The translations under genes and the position numbers were made by a program. A stretch of DNA of 64,000 bases from assembly GCA_032718475.1 (NCBI GenBank), contig JAUCBJ010001040.1:22079-86078 (forward strand), read 5' to 3'. Positions 36,591 to 48,825 of this stretch are shown here, piece by piece. This stretch comes from Nemertoderma westbladi. Its lineage: Eukaryota > Animalia > Xenacoelomorpha. The notes below the pieces were generated by a model. That model was given only the letters and a program-made list of their open reading frames with translations, searched no databases and was not told the origin of the DNA. Numbering within the stretch: the stretch's first letter is position 1; each line of letters begins with the position of its first letter.

Positions 36591-36904
36591 TATTTTATTT
36601 ACATACGTCTAAAGTTGAAAGCCATTCCGATGGAAACAGTCTAAATTCATCGATCAGGATTACATCCAACCGATGCAATATCGCATATTTTTTACTCTTT
36701 ACAAGAGTCAGCAGGCAATCCTCAGCCAGTGCTTCGACTTCCATTGTTTTATTGGATTTACTTCCACTAAGGCCGATAAGAGAGTGGAATTTCAATTTTA
36801 TTTTTCCTTTCATCAATTTCCTATACAATCATATCAATACAAACATTGTATGAAGGTGATGGTGATGACGAAGTAGCAGACAATAGCGAAGCTAGTATAG
36901 CCTG

Positions 36905-37430
36905 CTACTCCGACAAGAAATTGATGGGTTGCAAAGCATCAAAGAATAGGTGCCTAGCCGCATCGGGAGCGGGAATGCGTCGACGGAGGCTCTGGAGACG
37001 TGTGATTTCCCAGAGGACTGCACTGGAGTCCGAGTCCCATCCACCCAGGGCCTCCACCACGAGAGGGGTGAATCCCACACCCGAATTGCGGCACTCCTCG
37101 AGGTGGGTGGTGAGTTTTCGTTCCCGGGCGATGGAGAGTGCATGTCCAGGGGTACTTGCGGCTTGGGAGAGGGTTGGTGACTGGAGGGGGGAAATAACTG
37201 TGACGTTTAGTGCCATGGGCTGGCCCCTTTTCCAGTTGGGAAGGTACACGTCGGCAGGGCGACTGCGGGAGCCAGGGATCAGGCTGGGGACTTCACTCCT
37301 GGGTGCTAGAGCTGCTGATTGAGCTGCTTGGAAGATAGTGTTCCGGAGTGAGTCATGGTGTGATATCCTGTCTCCTTCACCGCCACAGCCAACATGATGG
37401 TCTCCAAAGGGGTCAGAGGCAGAGGAGCAG
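36905..37430 (-). mobile_element. CRE-clade non-LTR retrotransposon C-terminus (zinc knuckle + restriction-like endonuclease)
   Basis: DPFGDHHVGCGGEGDRISHHD.LR..RPADVYLPNWKRG..ALNVTV.SPL..K..FTPLVVEALGGW. Confidence 0.8.
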
Positions 37431-37905
37431 ATGGAAAGTTCAGTTCAAAAAAACCCCGCAAAGAATGAATGAATGTAATAATACATGAGTTTGTTTGAAG
37501 GTAATCCAATCCAATTAAGACAGCCCTTCTCGAGATGATAAATTATATTGAACGTAGTCCAAACCCGTCAAGGTGGCCCTTCTGATGGAATGAAACGATA
37601 CGCGGGATTAAATGAATAACCAAACCAAGAACTGCACAATAAAATGATTGTATGCGTGGTAAGGGCAGAATAATTGGTAATTGAATTCATTTTATCTATG
37701 TGAAACTGCCCATATACAAACCGGGACACCGGGAGGGTGCCGAAAATTTCAGGTCTGCCTCATTCAAATGCCTGGAAAAGGTGAGTGATCAAAATGGTAA
37801 CGGAATAGCCCAAAATGCACAAAAAATAACTATAAATAAATATTATTCTAGCATTTTAGAAATTTGAGTTTGGTCGTCAGCGCAACGTAAATCGCTAATT
37901 GAGAA

Positions 37906-40900
37906 TCTTCCAGACCCCATCTTTGTAGATGTTCTCCATTTTTCCAGATGTTATTAGATTTTATGAAATTTTTTTTTTGAAAATGCAGTCACTGGATGTA
38001 TGTTTAATCCATGTGTAATTGTTCAAGCCTAAAAAAAATACCCATTTAAAAGAATCTTTATAATTTCTTGGCTTTGGAGCAGCTGCCCCCACAGGAGGCA
38101 CCTCAATTCGTGCAGGCCAAAAAGTACTGCCCTTCCTCAGGCGCACACAGACTAAAGCCTCTTCTCCACACTCGACATCTTCTTGCCTGTTATCTTCACT
38201 ACAACCATCTGCCGAGGCATCTTGATACAATATTTCTTCTTCATCGTATGTGCTGCTTGATATATAGGGTTCAGGGACAGTTTTTTTCTGTTTTTTTTTT
38301 ATCTTTTGGGTTGGTCATGAGGCAATGCCAAATTTCTTGATATGATTTAATAATAATATATTGCTGTTAAGCAGCTTATACATTGGTGGATATTTGTTGT
38401 TCCGACTTGTTTTCGTTTCTGACATGAATGAGGGAACATTTTTTCCATTAACTATTCAACTTGTTAGTAATACATAAATATCACCCCCCTGCTTTCGTGA
38501 GGAATATGAGAGTGTCACTAAGAGAATACGAATAACGCTCATGTCCAAATTTTACCCAGATATCTAACATCTCAAAAATATACTTCAGGAAACCATAAAG
38601 TTTGAACCGAACCTACCCACCCCCCCCCCCCCCCCCCCCTCCTTCCCCCTGGTTTGAAACACAAACCAGTACGGCAATGGACGTAGGGAAGTCCACATGG
38701 ACAGCGCCATCTGGCTCGTTTGTTGCACCTGGGGATGGAACATAGAGACTCATTGTTCAGATGTTGGTGCACCAGCAGACAGTCCTGGTGAATGGAGCAT
38801 CTCACGTTGGATTGGCCGGCAAAATGTGAGAGTAAAGACTTGGACAGATGATGGTCCATTTTCTTTACAAATATTAGTTCTTCGAAGTGTTTGAATGTGG
38901 AAAAGCTGGATAACGTATTGGAACAAATTTCATTAGCTTTGGTGTCCTGGAAGGAATAATTATCATTCCACCTGAAAATTGTATTACATTCTGTTCCTAT
39001 AGATTGGAGGTAGTGGAGTCCATTACTAAGAATTACACAACCGGGGCTACTGCTACTTGGAGGTAAAGATGGGCATTCTAGAACACCCCCCAGAAAACGG
39101 CGAGTGCCATCTCGGATATATAACCCAATAGCATCCCCATTGGAGCGGTTTACCTCATGCCGAATGGAGATCCCTGGACAGTGGCTAGAACTGTAGCACT
39201 TTTTGTTACAAGGGAGAGTTGTTGGTGCCCATTTGGGTAACTAATTAAAACAACATTATGTAATGTCTCCTCAGTTTGGGTTTGGAATGAATACCTCGCT
39301 TTATTTAACGTTGAATATACAACTTTTACTAAGTCTTTAATAAAGTCGGCAGGGTTTTCTACTGACAGAAGATGCTTATGGAGTGGAGGTGAAGATGACA
39401 GGATAGAAACTAAATGACTTTGGAGGGGGAATTTAGTTCACAGTGGGAAGTAAGGGTCGACTTCCACTGCTCCTACTATATGCATGGATGAGTAGGAGAT
39501 GGAAATTGTTGGTTTGGGAGAATCTATCTCCAGCATCTTTAGATGTGTATTCCTCCCACTGAATAACGGCATCCTCATTGTCCATATATGTTCCCCCAGT
39601 TAAACTGCATAGACCCTCTTACTAGGGCAAATCTGGTCCCGTAACTAGGACCCCCTTCGTTCTGGGATAAGGACGCCCTTGGTCCTGGATTAAGGACCCA
39701 TATACTTGGCTGCAGGGGTATATGGCCTGGCCAGGCAGATGGTGATCTACCAATGGCTGGTCAGGAGTAGAGTGTTATCATGTCCACTCTGAATGCTCTT
39801 CACTGCGACCTGCACCTGGCAGCAGGGGTACAGGGCATGACCCAGCAGATGAGCTGCACACCAATGGTGGGTCATGTGCGCCAGAGTAGATATGGGTGAT
39901 GGGCCTCATATCTGACTCCACTGCGACACCCACCCTGTGGAATGGCAATCCAGGGTGTGGCATTTGCCCTGAGAGCTGACTCGGCAAAAAAGCACCCCCA
40001 ACCCCTACTATGGATTACATTAGTAATGCAGAGGTCCAGCCACTAGAGGCCAGTGGAATGACTGGACAGATAGTAAACAATAAACAATGATAGTAAACAA
40101 TATTCTGAACAAACAGAGCACAACCTGTGAAATTCACTTCTTACGAGACAAACAAATTAAAAAAGTAATAAGTAAACCAACGGCAATTGCAACATTGTTC
40201 AATAAAACATACCTAAATTTGGGAAACTTTCTTGGACTTGAGGACATTAAGTATAAATCATGTATGAATCGAAAAGTTAAGAATAATAATTTCAGTTTTA
40301 GACACATTGATGCAATTGCAGTTAGTGATATAATTTCAAAACTAAATGAAAATAAATCACAGGGTCCCTCAAAAGTTCCACCCAAAATAATAAAATTAGT
40401 AGCACCTTATATAGTATTTGTCTTGACTTATTTAATTAACCAATCAATAACTAAATCAGAATTCCCCAGTAGGCTTAAGTTAGCAGATGTAACTCCAGTA
40501 TACAAAAAAGGTGACAAGGAACAAGCAGATAATTATAGGCCAATATCAGTAACTTCATCTTTCGCAAAAATATATGAACGTGTTATTTATATCCAATTAA
40601 TAAACTATATAACTAAAAATAAACTACTCCCAACCAAACAGTTCGGATTTAGGAAATCATATTCTACAAAGGACGCTATAATTTACGCAACAGAGAACTG
40701 GAGATCAAAACTTGACGTAGGAAACCATGTTGCTGTAGCAGCTCTTGACTTAAGTAAGGCTTTTGACTCTCTGAACCACAGTATACTTCTCCTTAAACTG
40801 AAAGAAATCGGACTCCACTCAACTGCTGTTACTTTCATGCGCAACTACCTTACCAATCGTAAACAAAGGGTCAAAATAAATGGGGACTACTCTAGCTGGG

Positions 40901-41666
40901 AACAGACTGAACGGGGAATTCCACAAGGAACGCTTCTAGGCCCACTTATGTTCCTCATATACGTCAATGAAATATCGGAATCTGAGAATCTTAACATCAT
41001 TCAATACGCTGACGATACCCTTATCTTTGCTACAGGGCGAGATCCGATAACAGCCACTAAAATACTAGCGGAACGTATAACAAAAATAGAACGACAATTT
41101 CTAACTCTAAAAATGCAAGTAAATCCGGAAAAAACAGAGTTCATCTTAATAACACCTAATTCTAGAACCACTGAAATCAATGAAATTAACCTACAATTAG
41201 GAAAAACAATAATACAACAAAGTTCGCAATTCAAATACTTAGGAGTATTGATTGATAACAAACTAAATTGGAAACCACAAATTAAATCAATCACAGAAAA
41301 AATGACCCACGCAGTATCCTGTCTAAGACTAATAAAGGGCCAATTACCAACAAGCACAAAACTTACTGTATTTAAAGCAACTGTTCTGCCATTACATAAC
41401 TACTGCTGTGAAATTATCGCTCCACTTCACGACACACATGGATACAAGAACATACTATACGAGCTAGATAAAATACAAAATTACGGATTACGCACCGTTT
41501 ACTGCAAAAAAATTAGAGATGCTACAGGGACAGAACTACGTTCACAAGCAAAATTACCACATTTATAAGCACTTAGGAATTACTATGCATTAAAATACTA
41601 CTATAAATACTTTTACGATCTATCGACACCGTTTAAAAATCTTAGCTTACCTTTCCTACAAAACTA
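37906..41666 (+). repeat. Derived copy of 22422-26182
   Basis: Starts inside pogo and ends inside the LINE; no TSD seen. Confidence 0.95.
40087..41568 (+). CDS. Duplicate LINE reverse transcriptase ORF
   Basis: Protein identical to 24603-26084. Confidence 0.92.
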   Translation: MIVNNILNKQSTTCEIHFLRDKQIKKVISKPTAIATLFNKTYLNLGNFLGLEDIKYKSCMNRKVKNNNFSFRHIDAIAVSDIISKLNENKSQGPSKVPPKIIKLVAPYIVFVLTYLINQSITKSEFPSRLKLADVTPVYKKGDKEQADNYRPISVTSSFAKIYERVIYIQLINYITKNKLLPTKQFGFRKSYSTKDAIIYATENWRSKLDVGNHVAVAALDLSKAFDSLNHSILLLKLKEIGLHSTAVTFMRNYLTNRKQRVKINGDYSSWEQTERGIPQGTLLGPLMFLIYVNEISESENLNIIQYADDTLIFATGRDPITATKILAERITKIERQFLTLKMQVNPEKTEFILITPNSRTTEINEINLQLGKTIIQQSSQFKYLGVLIDNKLNWKPQIKSITEKMTHAVSCLRLIKGQLPTSTKLTVFKATVLPLHNYCCEIIAPLHDTHGYKNILYELDKIQNYGLRTVYCKKIRDATGTELRSQAKLPHL

Positions 41667-41900
41667 ATTAATATTATATAGCGGTAATGCTACTTAAATA
41701 ATTACTATTATGTAGTGGTAATATAAAGTATGTGAATTAGATCACAAAAAAAATTATTTAATTTAGTATATTAAACCTAATTCCTCAATGCCACGTCTCC
41801 CCTGGGCTGCGGAGTTCACCCCTTGCGCCCATGATTAGAGATCTCTACAGCCCCCCCCCCCCCCCCCCCCCCCCCCTTAGCGAATTCCTGGATCCGCCCC

Positions 41901-42430
41901 TGGTGACCCAGATGATCATTGAACTGTTATCAACGAGCAGAATTATATTTTCTAACAATGAACGACGAAGTCAAAGAGGAATTCGCCACTCGCTGACGCC
42001 ATCGTTAATGCCGGTTTTGAAGCAAACACAGTTGGAATAAAACTACCTCAATTCTGGCCAGACCATCCCGATGTGTGGTTTACGCAAGTAGAAGCGCAGT
42101 TTACGATCCGTAAAATCACAGATGACAACACCAAATGGTTCCATGTGATTGCCATTCTACCACCGACAACGGCTGGATCGATTATACACCTGATTACCAA
42201 TCCACCGACTACCGATAAATTCAATGCTTTGTGCACAGCGCGAATGGACGAATATACATTATCTAAGAGAGAGAAAGCCACAAAACTATTAGCTATGCAT
42301 CATACAGGCCTCGGTGATAGAAAGCCCTCTGCTCTTCTGGAAGAGATATTGGTATTGTGTGACAATGGCAAGTTAAATTCATTGTCAGAACAATTCTTGC
42401 TGGATAGTCTCCCTGAATCACATAGATTAG
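41901..42430 (+). mobile_element. Gypsy gag fragment with PBS-like TGGTGACCC
   Basis: IKLPQFWPDHPDVWFTQVEAQF..ITDD.TK..LGDRKPSALL; preceded by a MITE-like end cctggatccgcccctg. Confidence 0.75.
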
Positions 42431-45149
42431 ATAATAGAAAACCAGTGTTCACCTGGACCTGGGTATGGGCCTGGACCTGAACCTGGACCCGTATATTTCC
42501 TCTTGGTAATTAATTACAAAACTACTTTTAGGTCTACATTGTTCTTGAACAGGTGAAAGAACTATTGATACTTGATCAATCAGGTCAATCAATGATGTTG
42601 ATTGTTTATCCTGGGATACATTATTATTAAATTTAGAACCATATGTCGATTTCTTAGGAGTACTCATTTGGGGTTGTCTATTAGCAAGACCACTCTTTGT
42701 TTTCGTGACATCTACCTGTCTATGTACAGATTTCGAAAATAGCCCAGGAATCGGCATTGGTATGACTGATAATGTAGTCTTTTTTCACTGTTTATACCAC
42801 CCCTTAACCGAATTTCATGTTTTATTTGTCTAAACGAGTACTTACTTGATTTCATTTCCCTGGCCTTGTCAATATTGCTGGAAAATTTATATCTCTTGGA
42901 TTTCCATGGATAATGACCTCAACAGTATAGTCTCCACCGCTGTACCACACTTCATAATTCCCCTGCATCTTTAATGCGTCACGATCGTAATTGAGAACTT
43001 CTCTCTCAAGATCCACTGCCCAAATTTGGCAGTCATGACAACAATATACAATTGCTTGTGAATATCCAAGTGAAAAATGTTGCGACATTGTTAAGTGGTC
43101 AGTTAAACACTAAACACAACAGATAATCTAAACTAATCTATAGATTACGAAAATGAATTAAGGAAATGTGTGAGTTAGAGTGGCATGTTACTCTTACCAA
43201 AACAATAAATATATCAGATAATATTATGGGTTACTATTAAATCTTTCACAATAACACCCCAAACTATATAAATCAACATAAAAAATATTGTACTTAGGAA
43301 ACACGTATTCTGGAATAATTTTTAGTTCATATATAATTTTAAAATCATTTTTCAGTTTAATACAAAGTAATACATAGCTGTCTATCTCTATATAAGAATT
43401 TAGTTATGGCTAATTCAAAGCGTCGCTCTGGTGTTTCTAAACATTTATCCTCGCATATTCGCAATTCTCTGAAACAAACTCAGTGGGAAGAATTCCAGTA
43501 CTAGAGATGAGGCGCGAAAGAAGACGCAGCATAAATTCAATGACCGGGGAAACCAAAACAGAAGAAGATAACCATCGTGAAAATATACGTTTGGTTCTAA
43601 ATCTGGTGGTTGGGTTTATTTTATTATCGCTTGTAATAACATTCTTCACAAAAACGAAAACAAAAACGTGTTTGTTTATTTTTTCAAATCATGATACATC
43701 TCATCCACACCTGGTCAGAACCAGACCTAGCACTATGTTCACTTATGTAAATAAGGTAACACAAGGAGGACAAGCAGTAAATAATGCCTACCGGTATTCT
43801 ATTTGCACCACCATACATTAGTTACATTTCTATTTCTCTATCTTGACAGGTTTGCACCTAAATATATTAGTATTCACAGCTTCTCGGAAGCTTACAACTA
43901 TAGTGTACATAAGATAAAAGTTAAGAGAATAAACAATAAACACCATGTCTTGAACATAGGATGTTCTGTTCAAGACCCGCTCATACTTTATGAAGGGTAA
44001 TTCCATCCAAAGACAACAAATCGGTGTGGCACTATATCCCAGATTTCAAAAATAACTCTAATATATGTTGTAAATTGGTTACGTAATGAGTGTTCAAAAT
44101 TTGGCGCCAATTGGAGCACAGGAAAAAAATTTACATCCACTTTTGTTTTGGTTTTTGTCAAAATTGAACAATATATTATTGGCATTATTGTTGGTCTACA
44201 AATCGGGAAGACGCCAAAAATGTGTCTTGGATGTAGTTAATATAATAATTATTCATTTAGCAAAGAATTGTGAACCACCGGGTTTGTAGACCTGTTGTGC
44301 CGGCATTTTTCATTTTACTAAAATTTTGGAAAAATTTAATTTATGGGTATGTTTTGATTGCGAATTATTCAACTATCAATGATTGCTGTTTAAAAAATAT
44401 AAGTTATTATGTGCTACTCACATATATTAAATAAATCTTAAGTGTTTTTTCAATTAAAATAGTGTGTAAATTGAAACTGTATTGACATTTGACATGTTAA
44501 TTTCGTGAAAAACACCAAAATCAATAAAGGTCTACATATATATTTCGTTCTGAAAACTTGCATGGTGGTTCGTTAGGCAATTATTGGGGAGCCTTGTAAA
44601 TTTCAACATTCACCCATTATTAGTTTTGGTTTTATTTAATATTTAAGAATAGGACCAGCAGGTTTAATTTAACTTCTTTCTCTAAGGCACATTCAACTTC
44701 AGACATGTCGGCTTGTGTTTTCTCAAAGCAAACCAACTCTTGATTGGCATATGTATTCTCAGCATGGGACTCCTGTAGCTGCAGTAGCGGGCTGGCTAAA
44801 CACATTACAAGAAGTAATGTAAGGCTAGGCAATAATGTTCACTCTCTGCTGAGTAAAGAGTGCTGATTCTTGTTAGGGGTGTGTTAGTGTTATTATCTTT
44901 CTGTTTGAATTGATAATCTGTCTGGATGACAACAAAATGTATAATTTAAGTAATTAAAGCTTAATTATTTTATTCAATTAAATATATCAATAATATCCCT
45001 GTACATGATTAACATTACTGTTTAATTGTTTTCGGGCAAACAGAAAAATCCTACAATTGAAGCTTTATTGTTGCAATAAAATCTCACACGGAGAAACATA
45101 AGTATAATTAAGATTGACTTGTCTACTTTATACACAAATAATTTAGTTA

Positions 45150-48103
45150 TTAGTTTAGTTCGGAGAAGCAAAACTGTCCCCGAGTTCCAATCGCTTTTGG
45201 TGGTTGCAAGAGTTTTAATACATCTTCAACTGGGTAACGAAGAATGTCCTCTCGTTTGGGCCAACGGTAATACCACGGCCCACTCTGCATCATCGTAGTG
45301 ACAGTCACATATTCGCAGTCAGATTCTAAAATTGTGCCAGGATATGTTTCATCTTCATACTGAACTAGGACCCACTTTCCAACCTCCAATGTCGGCGGGA
45401 GAGATGATTTGTTTCCCTTATCTATATTGAAGATCTTTGTATCCTCGGAGTCAGATGTAATCTTACATTCCAGTTTATTATTTGAAGTTACCTGGAAGAA
45501 GTGGAAGCTCCGCGTCCCAGGAATGCGGAAAACAGTATCACCGAATCGGTCCTTATTAAGGTCTTTCTCAATTCTTTCAACCTCTGAATGTGATACCCAC
45601 AGAAACCTAAATAAAGAACAAAGATATGTTAAAGTGATATTAAATTTTTTAATATATGAAACATAATTATCTTGAATTGAAGGAAGGGATGGCGGAGTGA
45701 AGAAAGATAGTCTATGGGTGTAAATGGTTGGGTGAATTCTTAGCCCGCGAGTATTCTTAGCCCGCGGGTATTCTTAGCCCGCGAGTTAGTAAAGGAGCAG
45801 GTTAGTAAATAGTAAATATGAAACCACTCATTCACCCATATCACCAAAAATAAAGAAAGAGAGTGGAAGGACAGTAAATAGAAGTAGATAAAATACAGAA
45901 ATAAATTAATTGAATATCATATAACTTACTCTATTCCTTTAATATTGTCTTTAGCAGCTTCGTAAAATGCAGTTGGTGATACTATTTGGTCAGCAATCGG
46001 CCGCTGCAGGCTCAATTTGGATACAATGCGTTTCACAGTACCACCAATTCCATCACATGGACTCTTCCCATGGCTAGTCCCAAAGAAGTGCCAGACTCCT
46101 TTAATTCCATGGTCTCTCTGATGGTACATTAGATTAAGGAAATTAAACCTGTTCTTATATTGACCTGAAGCGCCGTCAGTGAAATAGTGCACTGTGTTGA
46201 CTTTGGGATGCTTTGCTTTCAGTAAAGGCATAAGTTTTTTCAAGTAAAGGTGGACCACTGGTGAGGAATGTACCCGTGAATCCGAAATCACACAATAACT
46301 TCCATTCTTCAATTCTAGGGTTTGCTTGTCTGGCTGAGAGACAGTTTCTTTATAATAAACCACTAGAGGGTGGAGGGTAACTTGCTCGTTCTCCCAATGG
46401 TAACTTTGAATCTCATCTTGTATTATGAAGCTGAAATTCTCTGCAAAGTCCATTATGATAATTAGTTCTTCTTCAGTTAACTTCAGCTTCAAATCTTTCA
46501 AAAAGTTTGATTGCGATTTCGAAACATAGTGATGTGGAATCAACTTCATTATATCGTCTGCTAGAGTTTCTACAAATTCCGAAATGGGTTCGGTAATGCT
46601 TTGTAGAAGAGCTCTATCCCCACCTGTTCCCCACTGCCTAAAAGTAATATCTGTTCCGTCCAAATCCTGGGCTTCAACTGTCTCCTGAAGGAATTCTAGA
46701 ACTGCAGTCATACCTGGACAGCTTTCACAGGAACCTAGTGCGCAGGAGTATGCTTCAATATTACATACAGCTTTATCTAAAAGGTCTTTGTAGTCAAGTT
46801 CCTTCACCCGTAATGCTGCGACCTTTAGTTTTGGGTTTTGGTGGTGTACACAGACACACACATTGTGGGTTCCTGCAGGTCCAGCCAAAATACATTGCGG
46901 AGGACGGAGTAAGGCAAAGGTAGAAAATCCTATATTTCCGGGTGGATTTCTTTCCTTCCACAACAAGTAAAGTTCTTTAAGGTTCCCCAATAGCAGTCGC
47001 TTTTGCAATTTAACTTTCTCTGAGTCTGTTCTTACTGTAACTACGTCCCCTTTCCCTGGACACATCCGTCCAATATCGTCAGTAAGATAAAACGACTTTA
47101 TATTATTTCTTATTACCTCATCCATCAGTTTTCCTCTTGGTTTATTTCCCACTCGTTCCCCCAAAATTCCAGAATCGATTCGTAACTTCTTTGCTTCTAT
47201 GGCTAAATGGTTTGTTATTCCAAATTGAGCTGTAGTCTTCTTTATTGTCCAGTGACTGGGAACCAATGTTAGAATGCGAACTTTGTCGACCGAAGCTTTT
47301 TTCCTGCGAGATTTTTTCTTTATCAGATCAACAACCTCCCACATTGCAGACGCCATCTCTGCATTATCTTCTGATTCACTATCACTTACTGGTATGCCAA
47401 GTGAAGTCGACCCTTTATTTAATAAAAGTTTCTTTGCACGGTTCACTTTTACTTTCAGTTTCCGTTTTAACTGAACTCTTGCTCTTTTTTTATGGAGTTT
47501 CAGTGGAGTTTGTTCAAGGCTTTGTAATGTCTTATTAAGATTATCCAACTCCGCTTTATTTAATTTTGGTGTAGCTGGTGCAAAGTCGGATGAGGAACTG
47601 GAAATGTTTTCTGAATCTTCTGATTCATAATCTGCCGATTGCGAAAGATGATGAAAACGATTTAGTGTATTAAGATTGGACCGGGAAAAAATTGAAGAAT
47701 TTACTATGAGTGTTGGTGATTTCAACTCTCGGCGACAGTGTTGGCAAACCTTTCTTCCTGGTACTAAATCAATGCAGATCGAAGCAAGTTGTGCATGACG
47801 GACGTCATCCGCACTTAGGGGAATCAGGGCCTTTGTTACAGGCTTTGCATGCCGTTTAAAAGGGTCACAACATTTCCGTTCTAAACTGCTGAAATGCTTC
47901 ACGAATACCAATTCGTGGTGGGTGCAAATTGTTGAAACTTTTTCAACATTTAGACCGGTCCGCAGGGCAATTAAGGGCTGGCCATCAACCTTTACTGGCC
48001 AAGTTTTCCAATTTTTGCTGCCAGTTTTCATTAATGCATCGTTCTTACATGAAACGTTTAGTTCTCTGCCAATGGAGCACAATATATCATCGCGTGTTTC
48101 CAT
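45150..48103 (-). CDS. Sola2-type DDD transposase, two exons (48103-45930, 45606-45150), ~876 aa, apparently intact
   Basis: DFAENF..QSYHW..QVTLHP, FTDGASGQYKN, HGKSPCDGIGGTVKR; intron ga|gtaagt...tttag|g (45929-45607) joins in frame to FLWVS..IPGTRSFHFF..GKWVLVQYED..FCFSELN*. Confidence 0.85.
45736..45786. repeat. 3 x 17-bp tandem repeat inside the Sola intron
   Basis: attcttagcccgcg(a/g)gt x3. Confidence 0.9.
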
Positions 48104-48689
48104 CTGAAGTTTGCGGCAACTGAACTCTATAACCAAAAAAACTAAGTAAAAAAATTTAACACCTGTATTTATAAATCGAATAAACTAAAATGATATTATT
48201 ACTGAAACACTGAAACTACAGTATAAACTGCGATATTTTATGTGAGGCAACCTGGCCTATTTATATATTGAGAGAGACTCCCATGTAATTTCCCATACAG
48301 TAATTATAATTATACCTTTACAGTTAGTGTAATGCTAATAGGCGCGCCATGGGTCTAGCATAGTTTCCACGGAATTCAAATTCACCTGTCTTTCTTTATG
48401 CTTTACTTACAAGTTACAAGTTGCATGTTGGTTTTATCAGTCATCTCACCAGCTGACGTCAAACATTTAACAAAACAAATGCACACTAACATTGCTTGCA
48501 TTGCCATAATGTCCAATGGGATGTTGAAGAACGTATTATGCAAAGACTAAATTAATTTATCTCATTATCGTTGAATGGAATTCATTATATTTTATTGCTG
48601 TGCAGAAAGTTTAATTTATTAGATTACTATGACTACTAACTGGTTTCTAAGTACTTACGTTTAGTGCGAGCCTTAAATTAATAGGCACA

Positions 48690-48825
48690 AGGAGTAGTGG
48701 TGACATTATGGGGTCCAAGCAAGAGGCTCCAGATTCAATCACTGGTCAGGACATAATTGTTTGGTCCCAGTGGTGTAAGTGTCTCAGTTTAGCTCTGCTC
48801 AGGTTCGATTCTTGAGTTGTACAAG
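48690..48825 (+). pseudogene. Two adjacent degenerate tRNA-like (Pol III A/B box) units
   Basis: gtagtggt..agattcaatcac; tggtcccagtggt..aggttcgattct. Confidence 0.3.

Noticed and set aside
44632-44832. Signal-peptide-like small secreted protein
   Set aside because: Starts at TTG with an in-frame stop just upstream; no ATG before the hydrophobic stretch and no supporting exon structure.
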